Origin: Candidatus Methylomirabilis oxygeniifera
GTDB taxonomy: Bacteria; Methylomirabilota; Methylomirabilia; Methylomirabilales; Methylomirabilaceae
Direction of reading: 5' to 3'
DNA length: 32,000 nucleotides
Assembly (NCBI GenBank): GCA_000091165.1
Contig: FP565575.1
Coordinates: 240,001-272,000, forward strand
Shown here: positions 19,549 to 25,621 of the stretch, in pieces
Layout of the letters: every line of letters starts with the position of its first letter
Numbering within the stretch: the first letter of the stretch is position 1
The notes under the pieces: generated by a model
Told to the model about the DNA's origin: nothing
Database searches by the model: none
What the model saw: the letters and a program-made list of their open reading frames with translations, nothing else
Program-made: the position numbers and the translations under genes

Positions 19549-19818
19549 TTAAGCCGCCACCTCTACCCTTGGTTTTACCAGTCGTGATCGGGGTGGGGCG
19601 ACCTTCTCGATCCTGACATGCACCACTGCCTGCCCAGACTCCCGGCGAGCTCTTGCCAACGCAAGGTTTCTCTCGCATAGTTCTTGGTCATCCTCTGGTA
19701 GGAGGACGACTAGGGCGTTTTCCGGGATCTGTCCGGCAACCTCGGGATGCTCAAGGAGGTAGAGATCGAACTCCGTTGACAGTTTCAGATTTTTTGTGAA
19801 CAGCTCTTGGTCTGTCAT
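19549..19818 (-). CDS. Small uncharacterised protein (89 aa), second gene of an ATGA-coupled pair; resembles the DUF5647 family from memory
   Basis: Clean ORF MTDQELFTKNLKLSTEFDLYLLEHPEVAGQIPENALVVLLPEDDQELCERNL... Its ATG (19818-19816) overlaps the stop of the upstream gene (ATGA). Confidence 0.6.
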   Translation of the reverse strand: MTDQELFTKNLKLSTEFDLYLLEHPEVAGQIPENALVVLLPEDDQELCERNLALARARRESGQAVVHVRIEKVAPPRSRLVKPRVEVAA

Positions 19819-20129
19819 GCTCTCTTCCTTTTCAGGTACGCCTCTTTGTACCGTGCCCAGTTCTCGTCGATGTCCTGATCAGCAAACGTCAACGCCTCTC
19901 CCAGGTCTTTGGTGAGCAGGGGGATTTTCTCCACGGTATCATCGGGGCGGATCCTGTCCATATGCGGAAAGCCATGGGCTGTATCGTAGCGAATAACCGG
20001 GCACCAGTTCCCCTCAATGAAGGTCTCATACTGCACCGTAAATTGCTTCACGGCCCCCTGCTCAGTAACGTGCTCATGCCGCTTTCTATCATTCAAAGTC
20101 AGGAGGTAGGTGTGGCGGGTGAGCTTCAT
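19815..20129 (-). CDS. Small uncharacterised protein (104 aa) with a His-rich motif RYDTAHGFPHMD, first gene of the pair
   Basis: ORF from ATG 20129 (MKLTRHTYLL...). The longer track ORF (to 20255) would run through the predicted promoter and repeat copy A. A strong SD, GAGGAGGG (20160-20153), serves a 6-codon uORF whose TGA overlaps this ATG. Confidence 0.55.
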   Translation of the reverse strand: MKLTRHTYLLTLNDRKRHEHVTEQGAVKQFTVQYETFIEGNWCPVIRYDTAHGFPHMDRIRPDDTVEKIPLLTKDLGEALTFADQDIDENWARYKEAYLKRKRA

Positions 20130-20175
20130 CGGGCAGCATCTTTCACAGCGTTCCCTCCTCTCGGAAGTTACTCTA

Positions 20176-20203
20176 ACCTTATTCGATTCAGTGCAAAAGT
20201 CAA
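20176..20203 (-). promoter_or_regulatory. Candidate sigma-70 promoter for the minus-strand gene pair
   Basis: On the minus strand: TTGACT (20203-20198), 16 nt, TAAGGT (20181-20176). Confidence 0.3.
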
Positions 20204-20222
20204 AGAACTTCGTCGTTATGCA

Positions 20223-20376
20223 GATCACACCCCCGTAATCTTGAGTCTGCTGCATTGGTCACAGTGCCCTGTCTCCCCCCCACGCTTGGTTCGCTACCCT
20301 CAATCGCAGCGTTTTGGACCGGCATCCTGCTTACGAGGCAACCGGCGATCATCGACCGGAGTTTGTAGTACATTTG
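20223..20376 (+). repeat. Direct repeat copy A (about 150 bp, non-coding)
   Basis: Hand-aligns with 21605-21756: about 23 mismatches plus one 2-nt gap over the first 137 positions, mostly transitions. Mismatches show no 3-nt periodicity. Confidence 0.85.
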
Positions 20377-20537
20377 GCCCGAAATAGCCACTGAGGCGCA
20401 TCTGCTGGTGGAATAGGTGCCAAAGTTCCATGTTGGGCTAGGATAGATGCGCCTTGAGAGGGCACGCGCCTGGTCCATCACAGCCCATGCTAGTCATGCC
20501 CCGGGGCCAGCCAAATGTGTCCGATGACTATATGTGG

Positions 20538-20566
20538 TTGACATCATATGACTGTAAGTACATAAT
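20538..20566 (+). promoter_or_regulatory. Near-consensus sigma-70 promoter directly abutting the higB-like ATG (leaderless-type layout)
   Basis: TTGACA (20538-20543), 17 nt, CATAAT (20561-20566), with ATG at 20573 only 6 nt after the -10. The palindrome TCATATGA (20544-20551) lies in the spacer. Confidence 0.5.
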
Positions 20567-20572
20567 ATCTGA

Positions 20573-20935
20573 ATGAAGTGGGACATTGAGTTCCATCAGG
20601 ACTTCGATCCCGAGTTTGACGCGCTGCCCGAAGACGTGCAGGACGAAATCCGTGCCCTTGCCGGTGCACTCGAAGCAATAGGTCCCCTGCTCGGTAGGCC
20701 CCGCGTCGATACGCTCAACGGTTCTCGTTACGCGAATATGAAGGAACTGAGGGTCGATGCGTCTGACGGTGTCTGGCGCGTCGCCTTCGCCTTCGATCCC
20801 AGACGCAAGGCCGTTCTTCTGGCTGCTGGGGACAAATCAGGTGTCAGCGAAAAACGATTTTACCGGCAGCTTTTAGAGAAGGCCGACCGGAGATTTGATC
20901 ATCATCTCTCACGCATCAGGAAGGGAAGGGCTTAG
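20573..20935 (+). CDS. RelE/ParE-superfamily toxin (HigB/Gp49-like)
   Basis: 120 aa. GRPRVDTLNGSRYANMKELRV...GVWRVAFAFDPRRKAVLLAAGDKSGVSEKRFYRQLLEKADRRFDHHL, followed 3 nt later by an XRE-type partner. Confidence 0.75.
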   Translation: MKWDIEFHQDFDPEFDALPEDVQDEIRALAGALEAIGPLLGRPRVDTLNGSRYANMKELRVDASDGVWRVAFAFDPRRKAVLLAAGDKSGVSEKRFYRQLLEKADRRFDHHLSRIRKGRA

Positions 20936-20937
20936 CC

Positions 20938-21299
20938 ATGGCGATCACACTGAAAGACAAAATGAAGGACCTCAGCCCCGCTCGGGGAAAGGCATCGAAG
21001 CGCGTACAGCAGAGCTGGTGAAGGAGCACATGACCTTACAGGAACTGCGGCGCGCCCGTAAGCTGACGCAGGTCAGAGTGGCTAAAGAACTCGGTATTAC
21101 CCAGGACAGCGTGTCGCGCCTTGAAAAGCGCAGCGACCTCCTGCTGTCCACGCTACGGAAGACTGTCCAGGCGATGGGCGGGACGCTGTCTCTTGTCGCG
21201 GAATTCCCTGACCGCCCGCCGGTCGCCCTGTCCGGCATCGCCGAAGACGATCCGACGCCCAAACCGGCAGGCCGGAAAGACGCGCACATCCATGCTTAG
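20938..21299 (+). CDS. HigA-like XRE-family HTH antitoxin, apparently frameshifted near its 5' end
   Basis: ATG 20938 (MAITLKDKMKDLSPAR, frame 1) stops at 21019. The body KGIEARTAELVKEHMTLQELRRARKLTQVRVAKELGITQDSVSRLEKRSDLLLSTLRKTVQAMGGTLSLVAEFPDRPPVAL is in frame 3. One extra G in GGGG 20984-20987 joins them. Internal starts GTG 21018 or ATG 21030 (after AAGGAG) could still give an HTH-only product. Confidence 0.65.
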
Positions 21300-21486
21300 A
21301 GGCCGGCAGACGAGGCGAAACGAAGGACAATAGGGACAGCGACTATTAAAATGAGAAACGATAAGAACGCCGACCGTCAAAATCAGCTGCCGCGCTTTTC
21401 ACGATGGGCCAATTTTGCGGTTGGCGGTAGTAGGCCGCTTTGTACGTGATTCGGACCCTCGCCCACGTCGGGGGTGAAGGCTAGGA

Positions 21487-21525
21487 CCCGTTGATCTCGG
21501 TGGGATTATCAAAGAGATCAACGGG
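21487..21525. other. Perfect 12-bp inverted repeat with a 15-nt loop
   Basis: CCCGTTGATCTC (21487-21498) ggtgggattatcaaa GAGATCAACGGG (21514-21525). No flanking T tract on either strand. Confidence 0.7.
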
Positions 21526-21604
21526 AGGCCTCTTGGGAGCCGCACGTGAGGCGCCAGAGTGGAAAATTGGTGATACTCACGCGCCCGCCACCGAGTGAGG
21601 TGTG

Positions 21605-21756
21605 GATTACACCCCCGTAATCTTGAGCCTCTCGCCTTGGTCGCAGTGCCCTATTTCCCCTACGCTCGGTTTACTACCCTTCATCGAGGTGTCTTGGACC
21701 GGTATCCTGCTTGCGAGGCAACCGGCGATCATCGATTGGAATGGGTGGTGGATTTG
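21605..21756 (+). repeat. Direct repeat copy B (about 150 bp)
   Basis: See copy A. The 5' 23 nt (GATYACACCCCCGTAATCTTGAG) and the 3' roughly 42 nt (TTGGACCGGYATCCTGCTTRCGAGGCAACCGGCGATCATCGA) are the best conserved parts. Confidence 0.85.
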
Positions 21757-21871
21757 ATCGGGATACGCATCCTCAAAAGAAGCACTGCTGAATCATGTAT
21801 GGACCGAGCATGGACAGAGTGTGGACGCAGGCGACGGGTCGAGGGGAGCCGGACGGCTCACTGGCACCAAC

Positions 21872-21903
21872 AAAAAATCCTATCCCCGAAAAGAGATAGG
21901 ATT
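21872..21903 (-). terminator. Rho-independent terminator of ahcY
   Basis: Minus strand: AATCCTATC (21903-21895), 10-nt loop, GATAGGATT (21884-21876) running into TTTTTTGTT. Additional palindromes ATAGGATCCTAT (21911-21922) and GGCAAT-cta-ATTGCC (21924-21938) lie between the stop codon and the terminator. Confidence 0.7.
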
Positions 21904-21940
21904 CAAAGGGATAGGATCCTATAGGCAATCTAATTGCCGA

Positions 21941-23389
21941 TTAATAACGATAATGATCCGGCTTATAGGGACCATCCGGAGAGATTCCGATATATTGAGC
22001 CTGCTTGGGACTCAACCGGGTCAGCTTGATTCCCAGTTTTTCCAAATGCAGTCGAGCGACTTCCTCATCCAGCTTTTTCGGTAAGGTATACACACCTATG
22101 GGTCGCGGATTGTTCCACAGATCGATCTGGGCCAAGGTCTGGTTGGTAAATGAATTCGACATGACGAAACTGGGATGACCTGTGGCACAACCCAGATTGA
22201 CAAGACGTCCTTGAGCCAGAAGATAGAGGGTCTTCCCATTGGGGAGTACATATTTATCAACCTGGGGCTTGATGTTGACGTGTTGCACACCCGGAAGGGA
22301 TTTCAATCCGGCCACATCGATTTCGCTGTCGAAATGCCCGATATTGCAAATGATACTTTCATCTTTCATCATCATCATGTGATCGACGGTAATGACATCC
22401 ACGTTACCGGTGGCGGTGACAAAAATATTTCCCACCCTGGCGGCATCTTCCATTACGGTGACTTCAAAGCCTTCCATCGCCGCTTGTAAAGCGTTGATGG
22501 GATCAATCTCCGTCACGATCACGCGCGCCCCGTAACTGCGCATGCTATGCGCGCACCCCTTCCCGACGTCTCCGTAGCCGGCTACGACCACCACTTTACC
22601 TGCGATCATCACATCGGTGGCGCGTTTGATACCGTCGGCCAATGATTCACGGCATCCGTACAGATTATCGAACTTGCTCTTGGTGACACTGTCGTTCACA
22701 TTAATGGCCGGCACCAACAGCTCCCCTTTGTCCATCATCTGATATAAACGATGGACGCCGGTGGTGGTTTCCTCCGACACGCCTTTCCACTCTTTGCTTA
22801 TACGGGTCCAAAGACCAGGATGGGACTTCAGGGTTTTTCTCAACAAGTTGAGAATACAGCCTTCCTCTTCGCTTTCCGGCGTTCGATCCAGGAAAGACGC
22901 GTCTTTTTCGGCTTTGACTCCCCAATGAATGAGCAGAGTAGCATCGCCACCATCATCCACAATAAGCTGGGGTCCCAGGACCTCACCGTGTTTGCCGGGG
23001 TGAACCAGCGCTCTAAAAGTACAGTCCCAATATTCTTCCAGGGTTTCACCTTTCCAGGCGAATACGGGAACTCCAGCCACAGCAATGGCTGCCGCCGCAT
23101 GGTCTTGGGTTGAAAAGATATTGCAAGAGGCCCAGCGAACATCCGCACCCAGGTCGACCAGGGTTTCGATCAATACGGCTGTTTGAATGGTCATATGCAG
23201 CGAACCGGTGATCCGGACGCCTTTGAGGGATTTCAATTTCCCGTACTTTTCACGCACCGCCATCAGGCCGGGCATTTCTTTTTCGGCGATTTCAATCTCT
23301 TTGCGACCAAAATCGGCCAAGGACAAATCCGCCACTTTGAAATCAGGCAAAGAGGATACGTTTTTTTCTGTTAACGTCTGCATGTTCAT
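21941..23389 (-). CDS. ahcY: Adenosylhomocysteinase (long form with insertion segment)
   Basis: [44 protein letters not shown]..., NAD motif [14 protein letters not shown] and C-terminal KPDHYRY. Start taken at ATG 23389 (or 23383). The track ORF extends in frame to 23527 through the leader. Hand GC counts of three 60-nt lines gave 52%, 37% and 53%, versus 58% for a line of the neighbouring GT gene. Confidence 0.93.
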   Translation of the reverse strand: MNMQTLTEKNVSSLPDFKVADLSLADFGRKEIEIAEKEMPGLMAVREKYGKLKSLKGVRITGSLHMTIQTAVLIETLVDLGADVRWASCNIFSTQDHAAAAIAVAGVPVFAWKGETLEEYWDCTFRALVHPGKHGEVLGPQLIVDDGGDATLLIHWGVKAEKDASFLDRTPESEEEGCILNLLRKTLKSHPGLWTRISKEWKGVSEETTTGVHRLYQMMDKGELLVPAINVNDSVTKSKFDNLYGCRESLADGIKRATDVMIAGKVVVVAGYGDVGKGCAHSMRSYGARVIVTEIDPINALQAAMEGFEVTVMEDAARVGNIFVTATGNVDVITVDHMMMMKDESIICNIGHFDSEIDVAGLKSLPGVQHVNIKPQVDKYVLPNGKTLYLLAQGRLVNLGCATGHPSFVMSNSFTNQTLAQIDLWNNPRPIGVYTLPKKLDEEVARLHLEKLGIKLTRLSPKQAQYIGISPDGPYKPDHYRY

Positions 23390-23498
23390 GTCCTTTTTAT
23401 AAAGAGTGCGAGGCGCCCCTATTTTAGTCCTCACCGGTCGCGCGGAACGCGGCGAGGGGAATTTCATTTTTTGATAAGGTATTGCTTCTGACGGGGGA

Positions 23499-23527
23499 AG
23501 TATAAGCAGCAACGGACTTGCGGTCAA
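23499..23527 (-). promoter_or_regulatory. Near-consensus sigma-70 promoter for ahcY
   Basis: Minus strand: TTGACC (23527-23522), 17 nt, TATACT (23504-23499). Leaves a leader of about 100 nt before the ATG. Confidence 0.5.
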
Positions 23528-23548
23528 GGCAATATTGGCCCCAAAATG

Positions 23549-23608
23549 TGGGGTGTAGCCATGCGAGCCCGCGGGATGGGCGCGAACGTCATCGTGACCG
23601 AGATCGAT
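23549..23608 (+). pseudogene. ahcY: About 20-codon relic of a second, high-GC adenosylhomocysteinase gene
   Basis: [20 protein letters not shown] matches the SAHH NAD-domain block. The intact gene in this window reads [21 protein letters not shown], 12 of 19 identical. Similarity stops abruptly on both sides. Confidence 0.6.
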
Positions 23609-23680
23609 CTTCAGAGGAAGATGGCGATCCGTTCAGGCGCTACGATTTCGCGCCTCTCATCTCTAATGAATGTGCTATTC

Positions 23681-23695
23681 TGGGACATCTATTGC
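23681..23695 (+). promoter_or_regulatory. Candidate sigma-54 (-24/-12) promoter upstream of the GT operon
   Basis: TGGGACatctaTTGC versus consensus TGGCACG-N4-TTGC, with correct GG-N10-GC spacing. 56 nt upstream of ATG 23751. Confidence 0.4.
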
Positions 23696-23750
23696 GGCCG
23701 TATGCTCTCTCCTCGCGAGAGGGCGAGTAGGTACCATTGGTAGGCTCAAC

Positions 23751-25598
23751 ATGCGGATTCTACAAGTCGTCCACCTGTTTCCTCCTGAACAGTCTGCGGG
23801 GACAGAGCGCTATACGCAGGCCCTGGCGCGAGGGCTTGTAGCGAGGGGCCACGAGTGTCTCGTGCTTGCCGGATCGACCGAGAGCGCCTCAGAGCCTGGG
23901 GTACTGGTCAGAGGTCAAGATAGCCTCACTGTAGCTCGGCTCGTTGGGGTTCGGCAGGGATCCGGATTCCGGGTTGATAGCTACAATGCCGCGGCTGACG
24001 GCCTGATCAGGACCGTTCTTGACCTCTGGCGACCGGATCTGGTCCATCTCCAGCATTGGTACCGGCTGACGGGGAATCTGGTGGCGATATGCGCGCAGGC
24101 CGGGATCCCGGCCGTCGTCACCCTGCATGACCAGTGGCTTGCCTGCCCGAGGTTTCACCGGGTCCGGCCGGATGGCACATTCTGCGCGGAGCAGGTTGTT
24201 CCCTGTATTGCCTGCATCGATCGCGACCCGTGGCAGACCGATCAGGAGATCGACCGGGAACAGGACGTGCGTGCGCGCCTCCTTGCAGAGGAACTCAGAC
24301 TGGCCGGATGTCTCCTCGTCCCCTCCGAGGCCCAGCGGCGATTCCTGAGCCGGATCGCCGATATCCCGCCGGATCGCCTTCAGGTCGTGCCGTTGGGCTC
24401 ACCCGTCGAGTGGCCTCAAGGGGCTGTAGAGGAGCGGCGGCCGGATGGGGAGGGTCCCCTCAGAATCGGCTACTGGGGATATCTTGCGCCCCTGAAGGGG
24501 GTCCATACGCTCCTGGAAGCTGCTCGCGTGCTGGCTGGGGAATCCGACAGTCGCTTCGAGTGGCATCTCCTCGGGAGTTCCACCGACTCGATGTACGATG
24601 AAAAGCTCCGGACGTTGGCGGAAGGGCTTCCGGTCACCTTTCACGGCCCGTACCTCCACAGCGACGTCGCCGCTCTGGATTTCGATGTTGCCGTGTTTCC
24701 GTCGCTGTGCTATGAAACATACTCGTTTGTCCTCGATGAGGCCTTCCAGCTTGGACTGCCGGTGCTCGTACCGGATCGTGGGGCGCCGGCCGACCGTATC
24801 GGAGGGCGAGGTATGACCTTCCGGGCGGGCGATCCCCACGACCTGGCGCAGCGACTCCGATTCCTTCTTCAGGAGCCGCACCGGCTCGAGGAGATGCGCC
24901 ATAGCCTGCCCAGTGGAGGGGTTGTGACGATGGATGCGCACGCGCGAGACCTGGAGAAGATCTATCGCGAGACCTCAGTGTTGAAGCCTCCATCCTCCGA
25001 TGAGGCGGCCACATACCGGGTGCTGCTTACGCATCGGGAGCAGCAACTGGCCGATCGGGAGCAGCGGCTCTCCGAGCAGCAACGACACATCGAGGAGCTC
25101 ATGGCCGATCGGGAGCAGCGGCTCTCCGAGCAGCAACGACACATCGAGGAGCTCATGGCCGATCGGGAGCAGCGGCTCTCCGAGCAGCAACGACACATCG
25201 AGGAGCTCATGGCCGATCTCGCCGCACGGAATGAGAGTCTCCATGTCCAACATGAGGAGGCGGAGCGATTACAGGTCGGACTGGCCGATCTGGAGCGACT
25301 CCTCGCCGCCGCGCGCACGGATCTTGACGTGAGAGTCGCCGAGACCGAGGCAGCGCGGGCCGCGCTGGAGGCCAGGAACCGGGAGGCGGCCGAACTGCAC
25401 GCGCAGACAGTGGCGCAAGACGGGCTCCTCCTCGAACTGCAGGCGAGCTTGGCAGCCCGAACGCAAGAGGCTGACGGTCTGCGGCGTGAGGCGGAAGAGT
25501 CCGATCGCCTGCTTCTGGAGGCACGGCAGTCGATACTGGGATCGCTGGATGCCAAGCTTAAGGGTGTGGTGAGGCGGATCGGCGGGAAGGACCGGTAA
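23751..25598 (+). CDS. Glycosyltransferase family 4 with a C-terminal coiled-coil tail of about 190 aa
   Basis: MRILQVVHLFPPEQSAGTERY N-terminus typical of GT4. C-domain FPSLCYETYSFVLDEAFQLGLPVLVPDRGA. The tail is rich in E/R/L/A/Q and contains ADREQRLSEQQRHIEELM x3. Confidence 0.85.
   Translation: MRILQVVHLFPPEQSAGTERYTQALARGLVARGHECLVLAGSTESASEPGVLVRGQDSLTVARLVGVRQGSGFRVDSYNAAADGLIRTVLDLWRPDLVHLQHWYRLTGNLVAICAQAGIPAVVTLHDQWLACPRFHRVRPDGTFCAEQVVPCIACIDRDPWQTDQEIDREQDVRARLLAEELRLAGCLLVPSEAQRRFLSRIADIPPDRLQVVPLGSPVEWPQGAVEERRPDGEGPLRIGYWGYLAPLKGVHTLLEAARVLAGESDSRFEWHLLGSSTDSMYDEKLRTLAEGLPVTFHGPYLHSDVAALDFDVAVFPSLCYETYSFVLDEAFQLGLPVLVPDRGAPADRIGGRGMTFRAGDPHDLAQRLRFLLQEPHRLEEMRHSLPSGGVVTMDAHARDLEKIYRETSVLKPPSSDEAATYRVLLTHREQQLADREQRLSEQQRHIEELMADREQRLSEQQRHIEELMADREQRLSEQQRHIEELMADLAARNESLHVQHEEAERLQVGLADLERLLAAARTDLDVRVAETEAARAALEARNREAAELHAQTVAQDGLLLELQASLAARTQEADGLRREAEESDRLLLEARQSILGSLDAKLKGVVRRIGGKDR
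25050..25218 (+). repeat. Three perfect in-frame 54-bp tandem repeats (+7 nt of a fourth)
   Basis: GCCGATCGGGAGCAGCGGCTCTCCGAGCAGCAACGACACATCGAGGAGCTCATG at 25050-25103, 25104-25157 and 25158-25211, then GCCGATC. Confidence 0.95.
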
Positions 25599-25621
25599 AT
25601 GGTAATGGGTGGTGATCGGCG

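Noticed and set aside
19268-19678. Full 136-aa minus-strand ORF taken as an intact gene
   Set aside because: Only the C-terminal half resembles Rex. The N-terminal 60 residues are Gly/Arg-rich, overlap the 3' end of the 89-aa gene in another frame, and lack the Rex DNA-binding domain. It is called a fragment instead.
20223-21756. Compensatory covariation between repeat copies A and B proving an RNA structure
   Set aside because: The candidate paired segments (GCTGC/GCAGC in A versus CTCG/CGAG in B) pair in different registers in the two copies. With only two sequences this is not evidence. The structure claim is left as a hypothesis.
23390-23498. Canonical SAH riboswitch upstream of ahcY
   Set aside because: By eye I could not find the expected conserved blocks (GAGG-GCGCUGC ... 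CAGGCUC ... AACGGCGCUCAC) in that order. It is kept only as an unclassified structured leader pending a covariance-model search.
25050-25218. CRISPR array
   Set aside because: The 54-bp units are contiguous with no spacers and lie in frame inside a coding sequence. The heptamer arrays elsewhere are far too short, and no cas genes are present.
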